Source: Pseudomonadota bacterium
GTDB lineage: Bacteria > Pseudomonadota > Alphaproteobacteria > Rickettsiales > UBA1997
Assembly (NCBI GenBank): GCA_040386195.1
Contig: JAZKFV010000003.1
Location: 2,029 to 66,028 of the forward strand
Length of the DNA: 64,000 nt
Direction of reading: 5' to 3'
Position numbers and translations under genes: made by a program
The notes under the pieces: generated by a model
Told to the model about the DNA's origin: nothing
Database searches by the model: none
What the model saw: only the letters and a program-made list of their open reading frames with translations
Shown: positions 37,786 to 47,005 of the stretch, one piece after another
Layout of the letters: each line of letters begins with the position of its first letter
Numbering within the stretch: position 1 is the stretch's first letter

Positions 37786-39815
37786 ACACTGCATTTGGCA
37801 AAATAAAAGATTGTATTGATAGTAATCAAAATTTTGTTCTTCAAGGTGGTGCTGGTAGTGGAAAAACAGAAACACTTAAACAGACTCTTGAATTCATATC
37901 AAAAAATTATCCCAATAAAAAAATAGCCTGCATAACCCACACAAATCTTGCCGCGGATGAAATCAAATCACGCGTTGGGGAAGAATACACAATCAGCACC
38001 ATACACTCATTTTTGAATGAATTTATTAAAAACTATAAGAAGAATTTACATAAAGTAATTTATGAGTTGTTTCGGTTAGATTCAATTGAGCGTCAAGGAA
38101 CTGAGAAATATACCAATGAAAAAGAGCAAAAAGAAAAAGAACATGAGAAATATAAGAAAGTATACGAAAAATATGCATCTTTTTTATATAAAATAACTAA
38201 AGAACGTATGCCTAAGGTTGAAGGCAAAAGAGATTATGATAAAAGTCCTGAGGTATTTAATACTATTTTGAATGAAAAGATTAATGTGTTAAATACTGAC
38301 ATATTTAGGCAAATTGAAGCTAGGGATTATAATCAGATTGAATATAATGATACAAGTTTTAATAGTTTTTATGACTTAACTTTCGGTCACGATGGTCTAT
38401 TGGATATAACATCACTTTTGTTTGAGAAATACCCAATTCTTGGAAAAATTTTGCAAGACAAATTTGATTGTATACTCATTGATGAATATCAAGATACTAA
38501 TGAGAAAACGATTAAAATATTTTTAGAGAAACTTTCAACTCCAGATAAAACCTTAATTGGTCTTTTTGGAGATTCTATGCAGGCAATTTATTCAGATGGT
38601 ATAGGTGATAACATACAAAAATATATTGATAACAAAGTTTTAACCAAAATAAATAAGGAAGATAATTATAGATGTTCACAGCAGGTCATAGATTTTATAA
38701 ATCCTCTACGAAATGATTCATTAAAACAGGAAGTCGCTTTTAAGAATAAACTTGATGGCACTATGGAAGTTTTTGAAGATAGACAAGGTAGATCGGAATT
38801 TTATTATATGCTCTATGATAATAAGCCAAATCGTAATAGCGATAAACCAGAAAAAGATCGTTATATACAATTTCTTAATGCCCTAATTTCAAGAGCAATA
38901 GGAGACAAAAAAGATTTTAGGCAATTAAAACTTACTAATAAATCAATTGCTTCTGATGCGGGGTTTGGGAATTTATATGAAATATTTGATGAACGTTTTA
39001 CGGATAACAAAGAAGCTATGGACAGGGAGTTGAGAAAATTACAGATTAGTAGTCTATTTGAATTATGTAGCGCATATTATCCTCACCCCAATTCTGGCTT
39101 ATCACACAATTATAACTTAGTTTTATCCAAACTTAAAAAACAAAAATTTATTCTTAAAAAAATATCTGACAAACTCAAAATAAAGAATGGATTTGATTTG
39201 ATAATAAATTCTGAGTTAGGAGTTATTGAAACAATTAATAAAGCGTTTGAGTTAGGTTTATTAAAAAAGTCAGAGCAATATTCGAGCTATATAGAACAAA
39301 AAGACAGATTCTTTGATGGATTGTCCAAAGACGATAATTTTAAGGGTTTTAAAAAGTTGTATTTAGAGGGTAAAAATACCTTAAATAGAATCAGCAATGA
39401 CTTGCCAGAATTGGATCAATATGATTTTAATGAGTTACAAAAGAGTGTAAAAAAGGAAATTTTTTATAATGCTCTTTTTTCCAACGAATTAAAATTCAAA
39501 GAAATTATAAATTACTTCAATTACCAAAATGAATACACCCAGTTCATTACGATGCACAAAACAAAAGGATCTGAGATAAACAATGTATTGGTAGTGTTGG
39601 AAGAATATTTTTGGGGTGAATATGACTTTAGATCTATTTTTTCTGATACTAATGATTTGGAAAAAAGATATAAAAATCAAAAATTATTTTATGTTGCGTG
39701 TTCAAGAGCAAAAAATAATTTAAAATGTGTCAGGCTTATTAATGGTGAAGAGGAAGAAAAAATGTTGTTAAAATATTTTACAGACGCAATTAAAATAGAT
39801 AATCTTATTATTTAA
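37767..39815 (+). CDS. gajB: UvrD/PcrA/Rep-like SF1 helicase, GajB-like (Gabija)
   Basis: Walker A LQGGAGSGKT, motif II ILIDEYQDTN, NYRCSQQV, TMHKTKGSE, YVACSRAK. Start set at the ATG at 37767, preceded by aaggaggg; the track start is 37731. Confidence 0.8.
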   Translation: MDSRAINTAFGKIKDCIDSNQNFVLQGGAGSGKTETLKQTLEFISKNYPNKKIACITHTNLAADEIKSRVGEEYTISTIHSFLNEFIKNYKKNLHKVIYELFRLDSIERQGTEKYTNEKEQKEKEHEKYKKVYEKYASFLYKITKERMPKVEGKRDYDKSPEVFNTILNEKINVLNTDIFRQIEARDYNQIEYNDTSFNSFYDLTFGHDGLLDITSLLFEKYPILGKILQDKFDCILIDEYQDTNEKTIKIFLEKLSTPDKTLIGLFGDSMQAIYSDGIGDNIQKYIDNKVLTKINKEDNYRCSQQVIDFINPLRNDSLKQEVAFKNKLDGTMEVFEDRQGRSEFYYMLYDNKPNRNSDKPEKDRYIQFLNALISRAIGDKKDFRQLKLTNKSIASDAGFGNLYEIFDERFTDNKEAMDRELRKLQISSLFELCSAYYPHPNSGLSHNYNLVLSKLKKQKFILKKISDKLKIKNGFDLIINSELGVIETINKAFELGLLKKSEQYSSYIEQKDRFFDGLSKDDNFKGFKKLYLEGKNTLNRISNDLPELDQYDFNELQKSVKKEIFYNALFSNELKFKEIINYFNYQNEYTQFITMHKTKGSEINNVLVVLEEYFWGEYDFRSIFSDTNDLEKRYKNQKLFYVACSRAKNNLKCVRLINGEEEEKMLLKYFTDAIKIDNLII

Positions 39816-40210
39816 TCTCGCACACTAGTTAGTATTTGTGATGCCGATTTATTAAATTCTGATTTGTAAAAACTAATCAATACGTTTTTATTTTTAAGCA
39901 TCAAACTTTTCTCTTAAATTCTTCAATCGCCAAAATTCGCTTCGATAATCAAAGAACCAAATCCCAAATCAAAACTAAAAATCCCCTACAAAAAACACGG
40001 CAAAGCCGAAAAAAATTGACACACCCAACGCACCTTTTTAAAGGTGATGTTATTTTTGAATGAATCCAGTAATTATAAGGCTCAAACTCAGTCTGCCAAT
40101 GTCTGTCAGATAAGTTTGGCTTTTGGCTGTCAATGGCAGTCATAAAAATTGTAATCGCTTTGAAGGCAGTATTGGCGTGGCTTTGTCTGGCGGTCGTTTG
40201 GCTGACAAAG

Positions 40211-42997
40211 TTAACGGCTAAAATCCATTCCTTTGCTTTGATGGGTGGGTTGTGGTTGATGGTGAATTTGTGGTTGGTTTGGTTTGTGGTGATGTTGGTT
40301 AATGATTTGATGATTCTGATCTTTTAAATTTTGATGTTCTTTGGCACTAAGATCAAAGCCAGTTTCTTTTTTAATTTGGTTGATGGATTTGGTTTTATCG
40401 TCAGTAATAATAATCGCCCTTTCTTTTGCCCTTGAAATTTCTACATAAAAATTCTTTTGATTGGTCAGGTTCTTTCTGGTGCTGTCAACTATGGCAATCA
40501 CATTATTGCAAGTTAAACCTTGCGCTTTGTGAGTGGTGATGGCGTAAGAATGATCAAGATGTTTGCTGGCGTTGGAATTGTGGTTTAAATTGATTTTTCT
40601 GCCGTCTTCAAGGGTGATGGATATTTGGTTATTATCTAGGTGGTTAATTGTGCCTTGGCTGGAATTGAGAATTTTTAAATCCTCAATGCTTCTGGTAAAA
40701 GCGATTTTATCGCCTTCTTTAAAATTCCTGCTTTTTTTGGCAAAAACTTCAAAATAAATTTTATCAGCTTTGCCTTTAATTTGCTTGGGGTTAAAGGCGG
40801 TTAATTTTTCAGTTGTTAAGTTTTTAACAATTAATTGATTGGTTTTGGCTTCAATATTGATGATTTGGCAATAATCATTTTTCTTGATGTTTAAGTAATC
40901 ACGGTTTTTGTTGAAGAGCAAAATATTGCCCTTTTCAAAATGCGCGGTTCTGGTTTTTTGTTGTTCGGTTAAGTTGGTGTTTTCATAGATGGTGTGGGGT
41001 TGCTGATTTATTCTGGCTTGGTTTAGAGAATCGCTAATCATTTGATTAATCTTGATTCTGTCTTCATTGGCAGGCGCAATAATTAAAGTGGATTTTCTTT
41101 GTGCTTCAGATAGCAGCATAAATTCCTTAATTACTTTGCTGATAATTTCTTCTCTGGTTTCTTTGATGTTGATTTCAATTTTATCAAAGGCTTTGGCAAT
41201 GTCGTAATTGATTGCATCATAAACCGCTGATTTAAGATTGTTGTTATTTTGCCTGATAATTTCAGTCATCTGGGCGGTTGGCATTCCATTTTGTTGTAGT
41301 AAAGCAAAGGGAATTCCAGCTTCAACTGCGGGCAATTGATTTTTATCGCCAACCAAAACTAATCTAAAATTAAGCTGTTTGGATATGGTTAAAAGATTCT
41401 GCATTTGATGGTTAGAAATCATACTGGCTTCGTCCACTATCACTATTTTATCTCTAAATTCTCTTGCCATAATTTCTCTGCCGTGCGTTGTGCCTCTGCC
41501 TTTGGCAACGCCATCATATTGATTAAGAAACTTTTGTAAGGTGATTGATTTAATACCAGATTCCTGTTCTAAATTTTTGGTGGCAACTCCAGTTGGTGAA
41601 AGACCAATAAAATTATAATCCTGTTTTTTAACAATTTGATTGGCGCATTTAAGCATAAAGGTTTTGCCCACCCCAGCATATCCTTGAATGCCAATCACCC
41701 GATCTTTGCTGGTTAATATCAGTTCAACCGATTGCTTTTGCCCTAAGTTAAGATTGGTTAAAAGATCAGAATATTTATCAATATCATTAATTATTGGCTG
41801 ATGCTGATTTTTGCCATCTTGCATTATTTTGATAATGTTTAACTCTTGGTTTAGTAATGATTGAGTGGTGAAACTATCTGGCAATTGGTGATGCTTGCTT
41901 GGCAATAATTCTTTCTTCTGAATTAAGTGATTAATTTGGTGGTTAATATCTTCCAATCTAACTTGTGATAATTTGTCATTTAAAGCGGTGATGATTAGCT
42001 CTTGTTTGCTGAAAATTGTTTTGCGTTCTGATAAATGAAGAATGGCATAGTTAACTGCTTCTTTGGCAATTTCATTATTAGATTTTTGTTGATCAGAAAA
42101 TATTGGGTTTGGTTGTGGTGGAATAATTTGATGGGATAATTTTTGTTGGTGATAAAAATTATCGAGCTTTTCTTGCCAGATTGCTTTTAAATTATTTGGT
42201 TCTTGCTTTTTGCTTCTAGTAATTAAGGCTGCCTTTTCTAACTGCTTTTGACTGGCATTTTCTCCTGCTTTTTGTTTTATCTCTTTTGATCTGGTGCTAA
42301 AAATTTCAAGCAATTCGTGATTGACATTTTTTAACTCAAAAACTGCATCATTTCCTTTTATAATAATTTCATAGCCAAGCTGTTTAATCTGATAAGCCAG
42401 CTCACTTCTATAAATCGCCCCCAAAAGTTTTTTGTTATCGTAAATATCATCAAAAAAGGCTGATTTCCATTTGCCATTATTATCCCTAGTTGCATTGGCA
42501 ATAACGCAGTGAGTGTGAAGTTGTGGGTCAAGATTTCTGCTGGTGTGATGCTCAAAAGTTGCGGCGATTAAATTATTGGTGGTGATGGTGTTGGTGATTC
42601 CATCTTGTTTAATTCTAGTTTTAAGATAATTCTTTTCAATCTCATCAAGAGTTGATTTAACAGCTATTTTATGCGCTTCAATCAGTCTTTTGTCATTATA
42701 AATCAAAGCCATAATTGAAACTGACTTTGGTGCTGAAAAAGTTAAATCTCTTCCTGAATCATGAATGAACTCGCCATCTTTTATCAAGCCGATTTGCTTG
42801 CCATTTGGCAAATTGCCAGCGAGGATTTTCTCAAATATTTTTGGATTAACTTCGCCTGAAAGACCCAAGATTTTAGCACCTTTGCCATACCATCCGCTTA
42901 ATTGTTGGTGGTTTGGATCATCTTTGGCATAATAATCATCTTTAGCAAAATAATGTGATGCACCTTTAGAGTTTTTGATTTTGCTAACTGACAACAT
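40211..42997 (-). CDS. MobF-family (TrwC/TraA-like) conjugative relaxase with C-terminal SF1 helicase
   Basis: 928 aa. N-terminal MLSVSKI...ASHYF..DDYYAKD....SGWYGKGA..LGLSG, histidine triad HHTSRNLDPQLHTHCVIAN, helicase Walker A GYAGVGKTF and VVDEASM. His/Gln/Pro-rich tail. Confidence 0.88.
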   Translation of the reverse strand: MLSVSKIKNSKGASHYFAKDDYYAKDDPNHQQLSGWYGKGAKILGLSGEVNPKIFEKILAGNLPNGKQIGLIKDGEFIHDSGRDLTFSAPKSVSIMALIYNDKRLIEAHKIAVKSTLDEIEKNYLKTRIKQDGITNTITTNNLIAATFEHHTSRNLDPQLHTHCVIANATRDNNGKWKSAFFDDIYDNKKLLGAIYRSELAYQIKQLGYEIIIKGNDAVFELKNVNHELLEIFSTRSKEIKQKAGENASQKQLEKAALITRSKKQEPNNLKAIWQEKLDNFYHQQKLSHQIIPPQPNPIFSDQQKSNNEIAKEAVNYAILHLSERKTIFSKQELIITALNDKLSQVRLEDINHQINHLIQKKELLPSKHHQLPDSFTTQSLLNQELNIIKIMQDGKNQHQPIINDIDKYSDLLTNLNLGQKQSVELILTSKDRVIGIQGYAGVGKTFMLKCANQIVKKQDYNFIGLSPTGVATKNLEQESGIKSITLQKFLNQYDGVAKGRGTTHGREIMAREFRDKIVIVDEASMISNHQMQNLLTISKQLNFRLVLVGDKNQLPAVEAGIPFALLQQNGMPTAQMTEIIRQNNNNLKSAVYDAINYDIAKAFDKIEINIKETREEIISKVIKEFMLLSEAQRKSTLIIAPANEDRIKINQMISDSLNQARINQQPHTIYENTNLTEQQKTRTAHFEKGNILLFNKNRDYLNIKKNDYCQIINIEAKTNQLIVKNLTTEKLTAFNPKQIKGKADKIYFEVFAKKSRNFKEGDKIAFTRSIEDLKILNSSQGTINHLDNNQISITLEDGRKINLNHNSNASKHLDHSYAITTHKAQGLTCNNVIAIVDSTRKNLTNQKNFYVEISRAKERAIIITDDKTKSINQIKKETGFDLSAKEHQNLKDQNHQIINQHHHKPNQPQIHHQPQPTHQSKGMDFSR

Positions 42998-43005
42998 AAT
43001 CAGCC

Positions 43006-43326
43006 TTATTTAATTCTTACCTGCGATTCTTTTAAACCATTGGCAGTCATTATTTTTAATATTTCTTCATCAATGATTTTTTTGTCATTTGCAGATAAAG
43101 CTAATTTTAAATTCATCATTCCTCTAATTGCACCAACGCAGTAGCTGATTGATTTTAGCGTTTTAAATTCAAAAGAATTTTGCTCAATTTGCGGTGCATC
43201 AAAAAATATTCTTTCTCTTATATAAAGTGCCAAATCCATATTGCTGGATTTGGCTTGCTTGGATAAATCCCTATATTGTTCTTCAGAAAATCTGATGGTG
43301 ATTCTTCTGTTTTTGCTGTTGGTCAT
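43006..43326 (-). CDS. mobC: MobC-like relaxosome accessory protein (ribbon-helix-helix)
   Basis: 106 aa. RRITIRFSEEQYRDLSKQAKSSNMDLALYIRERI, directly upstream of the relaxase on the same strand. Confidence 0.65.
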   Translation of the reverse strand: MTNSKNRRITIRFSEEQYRDLSKQAKSSNMDLALYIRERIFFDAPQIEQNSFEFKTLKSISYCVGAIRGMMNLKLALSANDKKIIDEEILKIMTANGLKESQVRIK

Positions 43327-43341
43327 ATTGCAAAAATTAAG

Positions 43342-43971
43342 TTAAAAAAAGTCGTCGTTAATTTGTAATTTATTATCTGGTTTGATGCTTTGCTGAGCCC
43401 TGTTTTCTTTGGGTTTTATAGCGGGTTTTTGATTAATTTGACTTGATGATAAATTTTCTTTTGGCTCTATAAATTCCACTTTTTTTAACCAAGGATAAGG
43501 CAAGTTTGAATCCGATATTAACTTGTAACTGCCTCTTGTGGTGTGGCAAATTTCATAATTTTTTGGCTGAGGTTTGATGATTTGTTTTAGCGTTGGCGCT
43601 GGTTCTGAAACGGTGTTTATATTATTGGTATTAGGTGAATTAATTTGTGATGAGAAATGATTATCTTTTACAATTGATGTTGTGATTTCCTGATAATGCG
43701 TAGCTTCGCTAATGTTTTTAGGCTGGATGTCGGTTTGAAAAAATTTAGAAAAGAATTCAAAACAAGATAATATTACATCTAATAAAAACCCAAGAACCTC
43801 TATTATTATTGCAAAAAAAGAGGGGATTATTTCTTTAAAAAAATATGGTATTTCCTCACATAAAACTTCAAACAAAAACACCAATATTTTTCCGAAAAGC
43901 AATATCACTTTTTCAATAACAAACACTACTATGATCAGAGGTATGGCTAGAAGTGTAAATATAATACCCAC
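43342..43971 (-). CDS. Hypothetical membrane protein
   Basis: 209 aa. The N-terminal ~85 aa are strongly hydrophobic (2-3 TM helices), and the C-terminal half is polar and Pro/Asn-rich. Confidence 0.45.
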   Translation of the reverse strand: MGIIFTLLAIPLIIVVFVIEKVILLFGKILVFLFEVLCEEIPYFFKEIIPSFFAIIIEVLGFLLDVILSCFEFFSKFFQTDIQPKNISEATHYQEITTSIVKDNHFSSQINSPNTNNINTVSEPAPTLKQIIKPQPKNYEICHTTRGSYKLISDSNLPYPWLKKVEFIEPKENLSSSQINQKPAIKPKENRAQQSIKPDNKLQINDDFF

Positions 43972-44203
43972 TTTTCTTGATATTTTAAGTAATAAAACTC
44001 CTGCTATCGCAGGATTTAACTAATTACCGCCAATGCTGACTTTGTACATTTATCAGTTTTTTGGTTAGCAATAATTTATAAGTAATTGTTGAGTGAACAC
44101 TAATCACTTAAAAATAAATTGTCAATTAGTTAGTTAACGATTAAATAATATTTTTTGATAAGGTGAAAATTTGTTAGAAATTTAAAGCGAACAACCCCAA
44201 TTC

Positions 44204-44779
44204 TTATTTCTTAGGCTTACACTCTTTATCTTTTTCCTTAATAAATTTCTTTTCTTTTTCATCCATTTCCAACTTCCATTTCTTTTTAACTTCTTGCCAT
44301 AATTTTATATATTCGCAATTGTATTTTGTATTTGACGGAAGCCAGTCGGATGGGTCTTTATCGGCTTTGGAGCGGTTGGCGGATTTATCTACAGCAATTA
44401 AAGTTTCGGGATTAGTTAAATCATTGGCATATTGCATCTTTTTTTCTTTATCCCATTTATTGCCGCCACTTCTATCAACTTCTTTTAACGGAACAAAATG
44501 ATCAACATCTAAATCATTGGGATTGGTGAAATATTTATCGGTATAAGGGTCATACCATTTTCCTTTTACAACTTCACAACTTTTTTTATCTAAAGTTGGT
44601 TTTTCTAGGCTTTCTATAATCAAAACCTCTGTTCTGGTATCTTGGCAATCTTTGTCGGCATCAATCCAGTGTTTATAATCAGTTCGAGAATAACTGCCGT
44701 AGATTATTGAAGCTGAAACGGTGGCAACAATTGCGGCTTTGGTGAGTTTGGATTTAGTGGTGGAGGGTTTGGCTGTCAT
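44204..44779 (-). CDS. Secreted or anchored DUF1524-type (His-Me finger/HNH) nuclease
   Basis: 191 aa. N-terminal signal/anchor. DVDHFVPLKEVDRSGG...LIAVDKSANRSKADKDPSDWLP matches the GmrSD C-terminal/DUF1524 motif. Confidence 0.7.
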   Translation of the reverse strand: MTAKPSTTKSKLTKAAIVATVSASIIYGSYSRTDYKHWIDADKDCQDTRTEVLIIESLEKPTLDKKSCEVVKGKWYDPYTDKYFTNPNDLDVDHFVPLKEVDRSGGNKWDKEKKMQYANDLTNPETLIAVDKSANRSKADKDPSDWLPSNTKYNCEYIKLWQEVKKKWKLEMDEKEKKFIKEKDKECKPKK

Positions 44780-44953
44780 TTAATTCAGTTTAGTTGGTTA
44801 AAAAAATTGAATTGTCAATTTTGTGAGAATACAATCTAGCGGATGATATTTAAACCAAAAAAATAAATATGTTATATTGGTTTAATCTCTTAGGTTTTTT
44901 AATTTGTATCTAGTCATATAAACCACCTGATTCTGTTTTAAATTTTTTTAAAC

Positions 44954-46033
44954 ATGAGCTATACAATACCACAACTCCCACTAAACAAAGATTTCGACAC
45001 CAAAGAAATTCTAAAAAAACTTACAAAAGCTCACCAAGCTCTTGCTGAACTTAAAGGCGTTGCCGCCATTATTCCAAATCAGGGAATTTTACTAAATACT
45101 TTATCGCTTCAAGAAGCAAAAGACAGTTCGGCAATTGAAAATATTATTACCACTCACGATGAATTATACAAAAGTGATGCCTCTACTAATAGCTTCATAA
45201 CCCTTGCTACCAAAGAAGTTTATAATTATACCGCCGCTCTTAAAAGAGGTTTTGAAGAAATCAAAAGAACCGAACTCTTAACTAATCACACCATTTTAGA
45301 GATTCAGGCAAGATTAGAAGAAAATGATGCTGGTTTCAGAAAATTACCGGGCACAGCTTTAAAAAATGATAGAACTGGTGAAATAGTTTATATGCCGCCA
45401 CAAGATGCAGCTCAAATTCAATCTTTGATGTCTAACCTAGAAAATTTTTTAAATGATGACGAAATTTCTGACTTAGATCCTCTAATTAAAATGGCAATAA
45501 TTCACCACCAGTTTGAAACTATCCACCCCTTTTATGATGGAAATGGCAGAACTGGAAGAATCATCAATATTTTATATTTAGTTAAGCAAAAACTTTTAAA
45601 TAGCCCGATTCTTTATTTATCTCGCTATATCAACAAAAATAAAGCCGACTATTACAATCTTTTGCAAAAAGTCCGCAATCAAAATGCTTGGGAGGAATGG
45701 GTTTTATTTATGCTTGAGGGCGTAGAACAAACTTCACGCCAAACTACCTATTTGATTCAGAGCATGAAGAATATCATGCAGAATCACAAAGAAAAAATGC
45801 GGAAAGAATTACCAAAAATTTACAGTCAGGACTTAATCAATGTTATTTTTGGGCATCCTTACACAAAAATAGATTTTGTTGTTAGAGAAATTGGAGTTAG
45901 CCGTCTCACTGCAACCCGTCATTTAAATGAGCTGGTTAAAATTGGGTTAATGAAAAAAGAAAAGAAGGGTCGTGAAAGTTATTATATAAACATCGAACTT
46001 TTTAAACTCTTTAGCAGTTCAAATTTGGAATAA
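44954..46033 (+). CDS. Fic family protein (class II, auto-inhibited) with a C-terminal winged helix
   Basis: 359 aa. Canonical HPFYDGNGRTGR, an N-terminal inhibitory-helix-like SSAIEN ((S/T)xxxE(G/N)), and a C-terminal wHTH (VSRLTATRHLNELVKIGLM). Confidence 0.88.
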   Translation: MSYTIPQLPLNKDFDTKEILKKLTKAHQALAELKGVAAIIPNQGILLNTLSLQEAKDSSAIENIITTHDELYKSDASTNSFITLATKEVYNYTAALKRGFEEIKRTELLTNHTILEIQARLEENDAGFRKLPGTALKNDRTGEIVYMPPQDAAQIQSLMSNLENFLNDDEISDLDPLIKMAIIHHQFETIHPFYDGNGRTGRIINILYLVKQKLLNSPILYLSRYINKNKADYYNLLQKVRNQNAWEEWVLFMLEGVEQTSRQTTYLIQSMKNIMQNHKEKMRKELPKIYSQDLINVIFGHPYTKIDFVVREIGVSRLTATRHLNELVKIGLMKKEKKGRESYYINIELFKLFSSSNLE

Positions 46034-46248
46034 ATCTATACATATTTTTTTAATATGTATAGAAAAGTGGCTTTTTCTATACATATCATCTGGGTTATAT
46101 ATAGAAAACTGAGCTTTTCTATACTTTGCCTAAATAATCATACCTCACAAAAAAACATCAAAAAATCTGCGGATAAAAAGATTTTTTATACTGGCTTTGG
46201 GTCAATATCGATAAGTCTAAAAGACCTACAAAACAACCAAACCAAAAC

Positions 46249-46473
46249 TTATCCCAAAACCCTTCTATTAAAAATCTCCCGAACATTCTTAATATTGCGC
46301 TCCACCTCTTCAATCTGCCCAAGAATATTGGCGATTTGTTCAGCAGAGAAATATTTAGGTATTTGGTTAAAATATCTCAAATCTTCCACCAGCGCATTTG
46401 CTGATTTTCTGATTAGATGAAAGCCGATGATGATTTCGTTTTCTAAGTTTGAATTGAGGTTTTTTTCTGGCAT
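46249..46473 (-). CDS. Small conserved hypothetical protein (copy 1)
   Basis: 74 aa from MPEKNLNSNLENEIIIGFHLIRKSAN.... About 85% nucleotide identity to 55546..55770. Divergently paired with an XRE gene. Confidence 0.6.
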   Translation of the reverse strand: MPEKNLNSNLENEIIIGFHLIRKSANALVEDLRYFNQIPKYFSAEQIANILGQIEEVERNIKNVREIFNRRVLG

Positions 46474-46619
46474 AGATTTGGGGGTTTGAGTTTTTAAAAT
46501 ATTGCCTTTTGGCTCAGCAAATTTATTATCAAGATTGAACAATATAAATGATAACAAACAAAATTATCTTAAATAGATAAATTTATCTAGTCAAGATAAT
46601 TTTATTAACTCTTAACAAA

Positions 46620-46877
46620 ATGATTTACAACTATCATATCCGCCTTGCAAGATCAGCTTTAAACCTTACCCAAACAGAGCTAGCAGAAAAATCTGGCGTT
46701 TCTGCCCCAACTATTAAAAACATTGAATTATCAAAACCATATGAGGAACTTTCAAACAGCAAGATAGTAATAATGGCTTTACTAAGATTTTTTGAAGATA
46801 GTGGTATTAAATTTATTGATGAGAAAGATTTTATTGGAATAAAAATTGGTAAGAAAATTGTCAAGCAGAAGCTTTAG
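46620..46877 (+). CDS. XRE-family HTH protein (partner of small protein copy 1)
   Basis: 85 aa. RLARSALNLTQTELAEKSGVSAPTIKNIE is an HTH motif. Confidence 0.7.
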   Translation: MIYNYHIRLARSALNLTQTELAEKSGVSAPTIKNIELSKPYEELSNSKIVIMALLRFFEDSGIKFIDEKDFIGIKIGKKIVKQKL

Positions 46878-47005
46878 TTTTAAGGGATGAATAAAGCAGG
46901 AGTTATGTATACTGTCCCAGAATTACCCAGAATGATGAATGGCATCTAGATTCTTTAGAATAGGCCACAGATATAACAGTTAACTTGAATATCTAAATAT
47001 TTTCT

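Noticed and set aside
39816-40327. Small ORFs 39949..40143 (-) and 40133..40327 (+), and a TTGACA-containing stretch as a possible oriT or promoter downstream of gajB.
   Set aside because: The ORFs have no motifs, are compositionally biased, and one overlaps the relaxase 3' end. No match to known MobF nic sequences could be recognised by eye.
46055-46420. 121-aa plus-strand ORF downstream of the Fic gene.
   Set aside because: It overlaps the minus-strand small gene, which is conserved as a paralogue at 55546..55782. The conservation pattern and sensible protein sequence are on the minus strand.
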